Assembly: GCA_964016885.1 (NCBI GenBank)
Contig: OZ024751.1
Coordinates: 20,212,001 to 20,276,000, forward strand
Source: Eledone cirrhosa
Taxonomy: Eukaryota
Reading direction: 5' to 3'
DNA length: 64,000 nt
Shown: positions 43,040 through 57,066 of the stretch, in pieces
How the letters are laid out: each line of letters opens with the position of its first letter
Numbering within the stretch: position 1 is the stretch's first letter
Notes under the pieces: generated by a model
Database searches by the model: none
Seen by the model: only the letters and a program-made list of their open reading frames with translations
What the model was told of the DNA's origin: nothing
Position numbers and translations under genes: made by a program

Positions 43040-43860
43040 ACTCTTTTAAAACCAACCAAGTTAAAACTAGCTCTGATTCGATGAAACTAAGTCACCCATT
43101 TTAAAGGGTTCCTGTTTAGACTTTTTTATTACCAACCCAGCCCAAACAAACTCTGGTTCGATGAAACTAAGTCACCCATTTTAAAGGGTTCCTGTTTAGA
43201 CTTTTTTTTATTACCAACCAAGCCAAAACTAGTTCTGGTTCTATGAAACAAAACTACCCATTTTAAAGGGTTCTCATTAAGATCTTTTAATTCAAACCCA
43301 GCGAAATCTAGCTCTGATTCAATAAAATTAGGCCACCCATTTTAAAGGGTTCCCATTTAGAGCTTTTAATACTGACCCAGTGAAATCTAGCTCTGATTCA
43401 ATGAAACAAAAGCACCCATTTTAAAGGGGCTTCTATTTAAATGTTTTAATACTAACCCAGCCCAAACCAGCTCTTGTTCTATGAAACAAAACCACCCATT
43501 TTAAATAGGTTTCTATTTACATCAAAGTATGTCAACATTATATTATATATAAGAAACTTTTGTTAAGTTTTGTTGCAAATGCTATTTATTAATAAAATAA
43601 TTTACATTTGAGTAAATCTTTCCAAATTCTTTATTAGCTCTTTGATACCAACCCAGCCCAAACCGGCTCTGGTTCTATGAAATAAAATGACCCATTTTAA
43701 ATGGTTCCTATTTAAATTAAAATTTCCCACCTTAATTCTATATAAAACTCATATGGAGTATTACTATATTTATTTTATCGGGACCCTTTTGATTCCCCTT
43801 TGATGCCAACCAAACCAGGCTTTGGTGCAATGAAAGAAACCCAGTCATTTTAAAGATATT
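43040..43860 (+). repeat. degenerate ~60-bp tandem repeat (CCAACCCAGCCCAAACCAGCTCTGGTTCTATGAAACAAAACCACCCATTTTAAAGGG..)
   Basis: About 10 diverged units; a related inverted unit lies at about 34630-34760. Confidence 0.75.
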
Positions 43861-44918
43861 TTTTTATCATAATTCTATAAAAAAAACTTTTATTAAGTTA
43901 TGTTACAAATACTATCTTATTACTGAAAAATTAATAATTTTAGTAAATCCCTTGAAAAGTATTCACTAATTAATTGAAATATAGATTATTTCATTAGAAA
44001 TACAGACACGAAAGTGTTAAATACACATGATTAAATATGAGTTATGGGTGTATATATATGTAAGATATATTGATTGTGAAATATGTTTGATCAGGGAAAT
44101 TATAAAAATTGGGTGTGTTGCTGTGATTATAATCAATTGTGACATAACCAAGGTGATGAAATTTAATATAAGACAAATTTAAGAATTTCTCGAAATGGTG
44201 GAAATTTTCAACTTCACAAGAAGTCCAGGGTCATGTAAAATTGAAGATTCCCACATTTCAAAGAACTTCATACAATTATCACTTCTAGCAGAAATAATAT
44301 AATGAACTTCATAAATAATCAATCAACAATCAAAAATCAATACAGGCATGAATATATAAACATTAAAGTGAAAAAAAAATCTAGCAGTTAATTAAATAAT
44401 GATTTCTGATTTCTGATTTTGGCACAAGGCCAGCAATTTTGGGGGGAGAGAAAGTCGATTAAATCGACCCCAGTATATTACTGGTGCTTTTATTTTATCA
44501 ACTCCATAAGGATGAAAGGCAAAGTTAACCTCAGCGGGATTTTAATCTCAGAACATAAAGCACCGTAACTCTCTGCCATGATGCAGGGTCTCTGACACTC
44601 TACTGATTCTGCCAATCCACCGCCCTCTGTTAATTGAATAATAAAAAGAAAATAATAATTAGTAAACTAATATTAAAGTCTTAAATCAAAGTGATAAGTC
44701 ATAGTTATAAGACAAAGTCAGTCATAGTTTTAAGTCATAGTTATAGATATAAGACAAAGTTAGTCATAGTTTTAAGACAAAATCATAGTTATAAGACAAA
44801 CTCAGTCATAGTTTTAAGTCATAGTCATAAATCATATGTCGTAGTCATATTGAGGAGGAAGTAAATTGATGGGTGCCGATGATGAATGTGATGATGATGA
44901 ATGTGATAATGATGATGA

Positions 44919-44952
<34 letters not shown>

Positions 44953-45009
44953 GGTGGTGTGACACCATTGTAGTAACTGGCCTTTATAATTATATTAAAA
45001 CTCACTCTA

Positions 45010-45230
45010 CCGATTTGAGTTGGACTGGCAACATCTCTCATCCCAGAGGCATTGGAGTGACAGAGTGGATGCCAAGGTGGTGGAGAAGAAACAGATGGTG
45101 ACCAAAGGCCAGATGGTGCAACTATCTGACCCAATACCTCGGTCCCACAATGCCCAATATGGCCAGAGATAGGAAGTGGTAGAGATCAACCAGGGTGGGG
45201 CTCTTCCAGCGGGATTGATAAGGCCTTGGA
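45010..45230 (+). mobile_element. degenerate RTE-like LINE 3' end
   Basis: VTEWMPRWWRRNRW*PKARWCNYL..ARDRKW. Confidence 0.6.
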
Positions 45231-45668
45231 TTTTGGATCACCCTTGCAAGCAGGGAAAAGTGGACGTAAAATGATGATGATGATCATGATGATATATATC
45301 ATCATCATCATCATCATCTTCATCACTGTTTAATGTCCACTTTTCCATGCTGCCATGGGTTAGACGAGTTATCCTGTTGTGAGCAATGCTAGGTAAGGTG
45401 ACCATATTTGGGCTTGGTTTCTACAGCTGAATGCCCTTCCTAGTACCAACCTCATTTACAGTGAGTACTGGATTCTTTTTACCATGTCACCTACGTGACC
45501 ACTTTACAGTGTGGGCTGGGTGCTTTTTACCATGCCACCATCACGACCATTTTACAGTGTTTCGGCCTGTCCTCATGAAAAATGTATGAGAGGGTGGGAT
45601 AGGGAGGGGGTGCATACTGTATATATGCTTCAGCTTTGGCCTGTGCCCGTGGGAAGTAGGGTCTTCTG

Positions 45669-45705
<37 letters not shown>

Positions 45706-46253
45706 TCCGTTGGTCTTTCCAGTTGCTAGTACTATCTATCGGTCGCAACTCCAGGTAGAAGAAGCAACGTGAAATAAAGTGTCTTGCTCAAGGACATAAC
45801 GCATCGCTGGGTCCAGGAATCGAACTCACAACCTCAATATATATATATATATATAACTGAATTTGGTCCTCCAAGTTCCAAATTGTGCCTTTTCTACCCA
45901 ATGTTGGTCAGCTGAGTGGAAACCTGAAAAGTATAAATATAATTGTGTGAGTGAGTTTTTACTGTCTTTCTTTGAAATATTCTACAAATTAACAACAAAT
46001 ACACTGAACACTTATATAAGACATGGGGGGAGGAGTGTATAAGATATTTATCTGAAGTTCACTGTTACAGCGGGGTGTCTTGAGACTGTGTGTTTTACAA
46101 TATAAGTGTGTGTGTGTGTGTTTGTTTGTGTGTGTGTATTCCAAATCGTTTTTGCATCATCGCCCACTTTCACATGGAAAAAATTTCAAAAATGTTTAGT
46201 AAAAGTTTGTTACTGGTTCGTTATTCTCATTTAGTCTCCCATTTATATATATT

Positions 46254-46341
<88 letters not shown>

Positions 46342-47211
46342 AACCCATGCTAGCGTGGAAGATAGACGTTAAACGATGATGACGATGATGATATATACCC
46401 ACCCTCACTCTCAAGCGTGAAACTAATATCAACATTTGTACTGCTTCTTCGCTTCCACGTTGTTTTTTGTTTGTTTTTTGTTTACTGTCTCAACTATAAA
46501 ATATATATATATACAAGGTGCTTTGCATATCCTCTTAGAATATTGAAATACCTTCTTAATACTCAAAATATATATATCGACCACCAAAATTTGCAATCGC
46601 CCTCCATTTCTGTTGAGTTGCTGATCGCCCACCCAACAGTTGAAATCGCCGAGGTTGTGAACAACTGGTCTAGATGCTTTATAGAAAAGCAGGTGAGGAA
46701 ATAGGTCAACTAAAGGAAAATAACTCTGAAGAAATGGTCAGCTAAAGGGAAATAATTCTGATGAATGGTTAAGAAATAGTGCAAGGGAGATAACTACTTA
46801 TATTTTTTTTTTTTTTCTCAAATATCGTCATTGAAATAATGAGTCCCTACCCCACCCTCAATGATGAAACATAAGTTCTACCCTAAAGGGTTAAAAAGAG
46901 ACAAAAAACAAAATAGACCATAGAAGGGTGGGAGTAAATACTAATACGGGAAATCGAACTCACAACCTAGTTTTACTTCCTAGCAGCAGTAATGTTACTT
47001 TTGGGGGTATATACCTTTATAGAAGACGTTAAAATTATGATCGTACAGGACATACGTAGCTTGGAATATGAAAGGGCGAGAAGAACGAAATAAATAAATA
47101 AAAATAGATAAAGAACGAAAAAGAGAAAAAAGTAAGAATAAAAGAAAAAATAGATAAAGAACGAAAAAAAGAGCGAAAAAGAAATAGAAAGAAAAAAGAA
47201 AGAAAAAAGTG

Positions 47212-47242
<31 letters not shown>

Positions 47243-48195
47243 ACATAGAGTAGAATAAGGTTTCGAAACAAAAAGTTGGAAATATTAAAATAATTTTTAT
47301 CTGAAATAATCTTAATATTTTATTGTTTAGTCAAGGGAAGGAGGGGCAGTGCCCATTACATGTTACAGGGTCTCCGAGAAATCTGGGGTGGAGGGAGAGA
47401 AGGAACTGTACCCATGACACTTTTCAGGGTTTCTGAGAAGGGTTGGACAGAGGGAGAGAAGGGACGGCCCCCATAACCCTTTTCAGGGCCTCCGAGAATG
47501 GTGAAACGGGGGAAGGGATGAGGTGGTACCCATGACCATTTCCAGGACCTCTGAGAATGATATGAGGTAAGGGCCAGTGTTCATGACACATTTTGAGGCC
47601 CCTACCCTAACCCCAGTGCCTGTTGGCATGGAGGGAGAGAGGAAGTATGGTAACTTGAAACTGGAGACCTGATACAGAATAAACTCCACTAACGCCACCC
47701 AACGGCCAGGTGCACAGGGGTGCTAAACATGGCGAAGAATCATCCAAGGTCCATGTGGGGATGCTAAACAGGCCAAAGGATCTCCCAAGAGCCACATAAA
47801 GGTGTTAAACAGGGCAAGGGATCATCCAAGGACCAGATGTAGGTGTTAAACAGGACGAAGGATCACCCAAGGTCCATGTGGCGGAGTTAAACAGGCTGAA
47901 AGATTACCCAAGGTCCATGAAATAGCGATGTATACATGAATGTATGTATAGTATATTTGGCAATATACCGTATGTTTAATTAAAAACATTTTGAAGACCT
48001 TACGCTATCGGCGCTCTGTATAATTAAACATTTTCCTATATATATATATATATTACCCACTCTACTACCCTAAGTATTGAGTACTTTGGTGCGTTATGGT
48101 CCACCTGGTTCCTTACCATATTTCCTTCGTTATATATATATATATATATATCACTGATATTAAATAAATGGAAACTACATTTATAAAACCATATT

Positions 48196-48256
48196 TATTC
48201 TATTATATATATTTCAAGGGTACCAAAAATTTGGTACGCTCTCATCAGATAAAATA
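48196..48256 (-). ncRNA. type I hammerhead ribozyme (14.0 kb family)
   Basis: TATTTTAT-CTGATGA-GAGCGTACCAAATTTTTGGTACCCTT-GAAA-TATATA-TA-ATAGAATA, within element 48151-48330. Confidence 0.82.
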
Positions 48257-48458
48257 CAGAGCTTGTTTTATAAATATTGACATATCCAGGAACCAGAATT
48301 TAACGGTTCAAGTTATACCTGGATAGTAAAAGGAAAAAGGGGAAAAGAGGAAAAACAAATATTTCAAATTATTAAGATGAATATGCAAATGAGGTTGAGG
48401 CATAGGGCTGAAAAAAAACGTTATTTTTAGACGCTAGGTAGATTCAAATAATTATTAG

Positions 48459-48845
48459 TGTAGCGCTCTCTAGACAGGAAGTAGCTGGAGTTACTTCCCG
48501 TTGAGGTTGCAAAACCTTCTTAGGGACTTCCGTCCAAGGAACTATAAAAGGGGAGAGCTGAAAGCTATCGCCCTCTCATTTCACCTTTTGGCTGCTGGCC
48601 TTCGGCCAGGCGCGTTCGGCCGAAGGTATACTCTCTCGCTTCCTTTCTTTCGTCGTGAAATCACTAGCCAACATGTAACACAACTTAACCACGGCCTGGC
48701 AACACTTCAGCCAGTGGACCGTGTCTTCTGAATTCATTAATTCATTCTTTCATCTCTCTTGGCATGTCAACTATTCAGCTCTACTCAGCTCAATCTTCGT
48801 AAATAAATATTGTACATACAACCCAGTATCCCTGTTATATTAGGA
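48459..48845 (+). mobile_element. possible solo LTR (Gypsy-like)
   Basis: Starts TGTAGCG; TATAAAAG at 48543; AATAAA at about 48802; 3' CA end and TSD not resolved. Confidence 0.4.
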
Positions 48846-48862
48846 TATATATATATGTATGT

Positions 48863-49301
48863 ATTCTCGTGTAGCACCCATCCACCATCTGAGTGAGTTT
48901 CTTGGTCAGTGTCCCAGTCTCAGACCCGTACAGCAGCACAGACTCCACTACAGCAATGAGAATGCTGAGGATGGCTCTGAACATTAATCAGTATACACTG
49001 AGGATGAAAAACTCAGAGCTGTATGGGAGCCTCCCAAAAGTCAGCTCAAAAGTGACACAGAGGAGACTGAGGTTAGCTAGACATGCTCACCGACATCCAG
49101 AGTTGACATTGCACCCAGTGCTCCTATAGGAGCCCCTACATGGACACACTGGAAGAGGAAGACCAAGGTTAACGTATGTTGATGCCCTGAGGACAGACAC
49201 TGCTCTGTTGGAGATGCAGGACGTGGCAGCGATAATGAGGGACAGAGACCGCTGGAGAGAACTCGTCCATGGATCTCGGGAATTTTACCCGCCCTAGATA
49301 G
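48863..49301 (+). mobile_element. 5'-inverted RTE-clade LINE 3' end
   Basis: Minus-strand 48863-48957 (VESVLLYGSET..DGCYT) continues directly into plus-strand RMLRMALNI..RRLRLARH..GRGRP..DRDRW; candidate TSD ATATGTATGTAT. Confidence 0.85.
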
Positions 49302-52196
49302 ATATGTATGTATAGGAAGAAGAAATAGAAAGTAAGAAAAGCTTGTATTTACGTGAATTTAAAAAGATTGAAACGTTAAGAATTAACAGTTTGTTTGAGT
49401 GGTGGAATATGATTCCAGAATTTAAAAAATATTTAGCTAAATTAGATTATATGAAGAATTATGTTTGTAAGTACATTTTATCTTATTATATTGCAACAGG
49501 TTGTAAGTATATAAATATCTATATAGATTAATAAGTGTATAAATATAAGTATTATTGGTGATTAGATAGATATAAAACACACGTATTAATTTGTTTACAT
49601 TTCTAATATGAATTACGAAGGACGTTGATTTTATATTTTACATATATATTTTTAAGAAAAACATCCTTCGTAACTCATATAATTATTGTCAGGTTTTGTG
49701 ATTTTTGTCCTGCAGGGTGTCCAAAATCACCCTCCTCACCAAGTAAACTTGGTGGGGTTGCCGGTTTAGTCGCCGACGACCCGACCACGTGACAGGTTGT
49801 ACTGGGTTACATGCTACCAGTAGCACTCAAGAGTGACCAGACACATAAACCAAGCTAGCGCCAGTTCCATAAAAAAAAGCCGGACTGTTAGTAATAATTG
49901 TTTCTACTTTAGGCACAAGGCCAGCAATTACCTAGTACATTACTGGTACTTTATTTTATCGACCCCCGTAAGGATGAACGGCAAAGTTAACCTCGGCGGG
50001 ATTTGAACTCAGACTGTAAAGGGACGTAACTATGCTTGAAAGCATCGCGTCCGACCCTCTACCGATACTGCCAATCTGTTAGTAATAAGTACGTAAAAAC
50101 ACGTATATTTAAACACACAAATATTGGTCGTCAAGTATGAAATTTGTTGTTTTTTTTCTACAAATTTCATACTTGACGATCCAATATATCTATAATATGT
50201 TGTGTTAAAAGATATGTCTGGTCTGTCTCGATTTCTTTTGATTTCATTCCATTTTGATTTTTTCATGTCTAGAATACGCCAGTTAATCTGTAACTTATTT
50301 ATTTATTTTCGTTTATTTCTTTATTCATTTATTATTATTATCCTTAATATTATTATCATTAATATCATTATCGTTATTGATATTATTATTATCGTTATTA
50401 TTATTATTATTTACACTGTTTCGCTTATAACAGCAATTTCTATTAAGACTATATTACAATGAGAAACTATTGTTGTTTGAAAAGGTTTATCAATTATTGT
50501 CACGATATTCTATATTGAAACATTGAATAAAAACTTTATTTCGACATTTCCAGGTCAAGATATCTGTGTTTCAAGATATTGCTGACTAGTGATTTATTAA
50601 TGATTTCTATTTTAGGCACAAGGCCAGCAATTTCTGGGGAAACGATAGTAGATTATTGTAGTCGGTGGATTGGCAGTGTCGGTAGAGGTTCGGACGCCTT
50701 GCTTTGCAGCATAGAGTTACGGTCCTTTACGGTCTGAGTTCAAATCCCGCCGAAGTTCACTTTACCTTTCATCTTTACGGGGTCGATAAAATAAAGTACC
50801 AGTAAATGCACTGGGGTAATTTCTGGCCTTGTGCCAAAAGTAGCAACAATTATTTTTACCCATATACATGACTGGTACTTTATTTTATCGACCCTGGGAG
50901 GGATGAAAACAAGGTTGGCCTAGATGGGATTTGAACTCAGAACGTAAAGATTTTTCAAATCTACCTACGATTTGTATCATAATTTAGACCCATGGCCAGC
51001 AAATTTAGGAAAAGGGCAAAGTCGATTACATCGGCCCTAATACTTGAATCGACCCCTGGAAGGATGAAAGGCAAAGTTGACCTCGGCGAGATTTCAACTC
51101 AGAACGTAGAAAGTCGTAAGTAAATAAAAAAAAAAAAACATTTTGTCTGACGCTCTACCAATCCAGCTAATAATTGTTTCTACTTTAGGCACAAGGAAGG
51201 CCAGCAATTACCTAAGTGCATTACTGGTGCTTTATTTTTATCAACCCCATAAGGATGAAAGGCAATTGAACGTAAATGGATGTAACTCTATCCTGAAAAG
51301 CATGTCTGACTCTCTACCGTTACTGTCAATCCATCTAATAATAATAATAATTGTTTCTACTTTTGGCACAAGGCCAGCAATTATCCCAGTGCATTACTGG
51401 TACTTTATTTTATCGACCCCGTAAGGATGAAAGGCAAAGTGAACTTCGGCGGGATTTGAGCTCAATAATAATAATAATAATGGTTTCTTTATTGGCCACA
51501 AGGGCTAACATGAAGAAAAACATTACAGACGGCACAGAACGGTACAGGACGATACAAAGTGGATTTGGGCCGTGTAAAATGGTTATAACAAGAAAATAAA
51601 AATGTGTGAAAACAAATCAAAAAATTCAAACAACAAAAATTCCCCGAATTGGGGAAAATCTCCGAGGGTCACTCGTGGTGAAAACCACACAATATTTATT
51701 GTAATGTTGTTTTTTATTATTATTATTGTACTGGTTTCGGTCACTAGACTGTGCCCATGTTGGGTCACAGCATTGAAAGGATTTAGTCCATCATGTTGAC
51801 CCCCATTAGAAAGGCGTAAGTAAATAAAAAACAGCAAAGCATTTTGTCTGGCGCTCTACTGATTCTGCCAATCTACATGTTAAAGGGAGTCAAAATATTG
51901 AATCGTCAAGTATGAAATTTGTAGAAAAAAACAGATGACCATATACCTCACTACAACGTCAGATATGAAATTTGTAGAAAATTAACTGCTGACCATATTT
52001 TATAATTGTTTTCTACTTTTGGCACAAGGCCAGCAAACACCCAGTACATTACTGGTACTTTATTTATCGACCTCGTAAGGATGAAACTAAAGTTAACCTC
52101 GACGGCAGTTGATTTTATAATTGACGATCCAATATTATTGACCATATCATAGCGGCATATGTCACGTCTTTCTGTGTTGTCACATATTGTATAGTC

Positions 52197-52808
52197 CAGT
52201 GGTTCCTAAACTTTTTTTTATCGCGAAACCCCTTGCACATGAATTAAACTAGTAGTTGCGGAAGGTTATGCTGCATGTTCAGCAATTTCTGTATCTTCTA
52301 TAGAAGATTTTGTTTCTGTATTTCTTGTAATTTCAGTTCCTTTACGAATTTCTTGTTTTTTTAACCATCGATCCATTGAAAATAAAAATGTTAATAAAAC
52401 TCAAAAATAAACTCATTGACAAGGAGCAAACGTTTATTGATACATGATACAGCACGTGCTCACCGTGTGAGACTTGGTACCTATGCTACGTTTAAGAGAG
52501 AACTTAAATATTCAAAGGAGATATTCAAATACGTAAAAAGTTATAAATCTGATTATAATTCTGAGTATTACACGGTGCTCACAGTAGACCCTTGATAATG
52601 GAATACTACAACCCAACTAAACGATTTGGCTGAGAGCTCCGCAGTGTAACACTCATTGCCTGTTTATATGGGAAGTATATACCTATCATACACGTTGCAA
52701 CTTGTTAGTCTTTATTTTTATAGTAAACTTCAACTTGCGCCTTACGTAACCCCTGGCCTTGCTTCACGGAACCCTAGGGTTCCGCGGAATCCACTTTGGG
52801 AACCACTG
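52197..52808 (-). mobile_element. hAT (Charlie/Buster-type) non-autonomous transposon, 612 bp
   Basis: TIRs CAGTGGTTCCTAAA / TTTGGGAACCACTG; 8-bp TSD GTATAGTC / ATATAGTC; residual ORF MDRWLKK.. on the minus strand at 52266-52376. Confidence 0.88.
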
Positions 52809-52896
52809 ATATAGTCGTATAGTAACAATGGCAATTGTTTACATCAAATTGTCACCCAGTTGGCCGGTATCCAACAAACTTCCAAAATAAGTCACC

Positions 52897-53630
52897 GTTA
52901 ATAAATGTTTCTACTTTAGGCACAAGGCCAGCAATTACCTAGTAATGTACTGATACTTTATTTTATCGACCCCGTAAGGATGAAGTTAATAATTGTTTCT
53001 ACTTTAGGCACAAGGCCAGCAATTACCTAGTAATGTACTGATACTTTATTTTATCGACCCCGTAAGGATGAAGTTAATAATTGTTTCTACTTTAGGCACA
53101 AGGCCAGCAATTACCTAGTAATGTACTGATACTTTATTTTATCGACCCCGTAAGGATGAAGTTAATAATTGTTTCTACTTTAGGCACAAGGCCAGCAATT
53201 ACCCAGTACATTACTGGTACTTTATTTTATCGATCCCGTAAGGATGAAGTTAATAATTGTTTCTACTTTAGGCACAAGGCCAGCAATTACCTAGTACATT
53301 ACTGGTACTTTATTTTATCGACCCCGTAAGGATGAAGTTAATAATTGTTTCTACTTTAGGCACAAGGCCAGCAATTACCTAGTACATTACTGGTACTTTA
53401 TTTTATCGACCCCGTAAGGATGAAGTTAATAATTGTTTCTACTTTAGGCACAAGGCCAGCAATTACCCAGAACATTACTGGTACTTTATTTTATCGACCC
53501 CGTAAGGATGAAAGGCAAAGTTAACCTCGGCGGGATTTGAACTCAGACTGTAAAGGGACGTAACTCTGCCGGAATGCATGGCGTCCGACGCTCTACCGAT
53601 ACTGCCAATTCACCGTCCTTCACCGCCAAA
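52897..53630 (-). mobile_element. SINE family A with its 3' 88 bp amplified into 7 tandem copies
   Basis: Units start at 52897, 52985, 53073, 53161, 53249, 53337 and 53425; TSD TCACCGTTAATAA at 52892 and 53631. Confidence 0.92.
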
Positions 53631-53720
53631 TCACCGTTAATAATACCATATAACTAATAGAAACATAGAAACAGACCAGCTATCAGGTTAATAACCTTTA
53701 TATATATATATATATATATA

Positions 53721-54141
53721 TAATATAAGATCAAAAGATGGTTAAAGGAGTTCCATGTATTTTATTATGCGCATTTCAAAAACAAACATCATCATGCAAT
53801 AATATTTGTGTTTTCATCAGATAAAACAGGAGAACATGATATGAAGGCTAAAAAACACTTGTGGATAGTGCAGTTTTAAATCAACATATGTTGATTTAAA
53901 ACTGCACTATCCACAAGTATTTTTTAGCCTTCATATCATGTTCTCCTGTTTTATCTGATGAAAACACAAATATTATTGCATGATGATGTTTGTTTTTGAA
54001 ATGCGCATAATAAAATACATGGAACTCCTTTAACCATCTTTTGATCTTATATTATGTATACTCCAATCCTACAAACTGTAGAGTGCTTCTTATCCGATAT
54101 CTGCATTGCTTTATTGTACTACAATAAAACTCACCTCCTAC
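53721..54141 (+). mobile_element. 334-bp near-perfect palindrome (53721-54054) plus 3' tail; Penelope-like fold-back element
   Basis: Centre CATATG at 53885-53890, one visible mismatch between arms, ACTC..GAGTGC tail with TTATTGTA/TACAATAA hairpin, (TA)n flanks. Confidence 0.85.
53947..54017 (+). ncRNA. type I hammerhead ribozyme
   Basis: TGTTTTAT-CTGATGA-long stem II-GAAA-TGCGCA-TA-ATAAAATA; palindromic stem III ATGCGCAT; mirror copy on the minus strand at 53758-53828. Confidence 0.85.
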
Positions 54142-54148
54142 ATATATG

Positions 54149-54179
<31 letters not shown>

Positions 54180-54369
54180 ATATATATATATGTGTGTGTA
54201 TGTGTATATATATATGTGTGTGTATGTATATATAAAATCACAAATGAACAATAGGTCAGTTATATGCGTTTTTGTATATATGTATCGTAATACAAAAATA
54301 ATAGTACTATCATGTATATCGTAACACACAGAAACAGCAGGCCGGCCTTAAGGTCAATGACCTACACAG

Positions 54370-54400
<31 letters not shown>

Positions 54401-54449
54401 GATACATATAGACATATATATATACATACATATAGACATATATACACAC

Positions 54450-54506
<57 letters not shown>

Positions 54507-54764
54507 TACATATATACATACATATAGACATATATACACACATATAGACATATATATATACATACATATAGACATATATATATATATATACACATATAGA
54601 CATACGCACACTCACACACACACAGACATATAGACATACATACATACATACATACATACATACATAAAAACATACATACATATACATGCACACGTGTTTT
54701 AACCTATGGAGATAATGTGATAGTGTGTAAAAGCAGCAGGACAACTATAATGTCAATTACCTTT

Positions 54765-54801
<37 letters not shown>

Positions 54802-54913
54802 TATATAGGTCAATCGACTGGCTCGGTGGTAACACACAAGGGAAACTCCAGATTAAATCTCAACTGTTTATCCCCACTATGGTAATCAATACGAATCCTA
54901 GGATATATGTATG

Positions 54914-54956
<43 letters not shown>

Positions 54957-55038
54957 TCTTTTCTGGTGACTAATGACCCTGTGATAAAGGGGCAAAATTT
55001 CAGAGTAACAAAACTCACTATTTAGCTTTAATAAATTG

Positions 55039-55083
<45 letters not shown>

Positions 55084-55234
55084 AAAAAGGGATGAAATCG
55101 AAAATGCAACTGAAGTCTTATTTTTTTTAAAATATATATATTTATTTGGTTCCTTTACCGGTTTCGCAGTTCTTCTGCTTTTCAAAAGGTGAGTTGAGAT
55201 GGAGGGTCTGTGGTTTTTCTCACATCTCAACTCA

Positions 55235-55272
55235 CCTTTTGAAAAGCAGAAGAACTGCGAAACCGGTAAAGG
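55235..55272 (+). ncRNA. minimal hammerhead ribozyme, U3-A8 core variant
   Basis: CCTT-TTGAAAA-GCAG-AAGAA-CTGC-GAAA-CCGG-TA-AAGG; mirror copy on the minus strand at 55152-55189; within inverted arms 55077-55201 / 55223-55347. Confidence 0.8.
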
Positions 55273-55402
55273 AACCAAATAAATATATATATTTTTAAAA
55301 AAATAAGACTTCAGTTGCATTTTCGATTTCATCCCTTTTTCTTTATACTTCCACTCGTGTAGGACACCTCGGTCATTTTTCATTTTGTAAAAAAAACCTC
55401 AC

Positions 55403-55873
<471 letters not shown>

Positions 55874-56554
55874 GCGTGTGGCTGAGTGGTTAGAGAATTG
55901 GATTCGCAATCGTGAGGTTGTGAGTTCAATTCCTGGACCGGGCGATGCGTTATGTCCTTGAGCAAGACACTTTATTTCACGTTGCTCCTTCTACTTGGAG
56001 TTGCGACCGATAGATAGTATTAGCAATTGGAAATTAGCAATTGGAAAGACCAACGGAAACATTGTTTCCTCGGTCCGATTTGACGAAAGTCGATCGTTAA
56101 AGATATATATATATATTTATTTATTAAAATAACAGATTAAAGTTTAAGCAAAGAATCGCTGCTTTCACCCTTAACGGGATCTTATATATATATACATATA
56201 TTGACCAGATACTGACCAGAACTTGTGATGACGTGGAGTAAAAACAGCCAATGGCATGTCAAGAGTGGAAATAGAGTTTTTTTAGGGTGTTTTCTTATGA
56301 TAGCACCCCAGTGATAAAATTTGCTCGTAACACCCATGTCTGAAAGAACCTGCAGAAGTTGAATCAGCCAGATCCATACAAGGACCATGACTCGAGCTAC
56401 ATGCCGGCGAAACATTTGTAACACGAAATAAACTAAGTCCAGATGCATCACTGATTTTTCGTTTTCTTTATAATATCTACACTCTACTCTGATGAATATC
56501 GAGTGCTAATGTTGGCATACCGCCTATGGAAGCACCATATCTACCACTATACAC

Positions 56555-56606
<52 letters not shown>

Positions 56607-56689
56607 ATAAGTGGTTACACAACAGTTAGTTCACCACACCGAGAACAATTGTTTCACCTTAGCGAATCCTCAGCTCGTAATGTCCATTA

Positions 56690-56727
56690 CGAGCTGAGGA
56701 TCCGCTAAGGTGAAACAATTGTTCTCG
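56690..56727 (+). ncRNA. minimal hammerhead ribozyme
   Basis: CGAG-CTGAGGA-TCC-GCTAA-GGT-GAAA-CAATTG-TT-CTCG; palindromic stem III ACAATTGT; mirror copy on the minus strand at 56640-56677; palindrome 56609-56758 plus tail to 56825. Confidence 0.75.
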
Positions 56728-56822
56728 GTGTAGTGAACTAACTGTTGTGTAACCACTTCTACCTAACTCGTCCCATGGACTGAGTGCTCTACCTCTACGG
56801 ATATTACCTTCCAGTGTTCTAC

Positions 56823-56895
<73 letters not shown>

Positions 56896-56907
56896 CACAC
56901 ATATATA

Positions 56908-57066
56908 TATTGGGTCGTCAAATATAAAATTTGTAGTTATTTGTTTTTTTTTCTAAACATTTCTACAAATTTCATACTTGACGACCCAATATATATACAG
57001 GGGGTCCCAAAAAATATATACACACTTGTATTGGAACGCTGGTATACATTTTTGGTACACCCTGTA
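56908..57066. mobile_element. two adjacent tiny Tc1/mariner MITEs
   Basis: TATTGGGTCGTCAA..TTGACGACCCAATA (sister copies at 50121-50185 and 51895-52135) and TACAGGGGGTCCCAAAA..TTTTGGTACACCCTGTA; TA flanks. Confidence 0.75.

Noticed and set aside
49735-49860. Possible HDV-like ribozyme in an RTE-type 5' UTR (minus strand: ACC-TGTCACGT-GGT..GTCG-TCGG-CGAC-TAA); similar region at 63250-63372
   Set aside because: Could not complete P1 and P2 of the nested double pseudoknot by eye; needs a descriptor search.
55874-55946. tRNA-like sequence (and the other SINE heads)
   Set aside because: A/B boxes run straight into SINE bodies and I could not close a proper acceptor stem; these are SINE heads, not tRNA genes.
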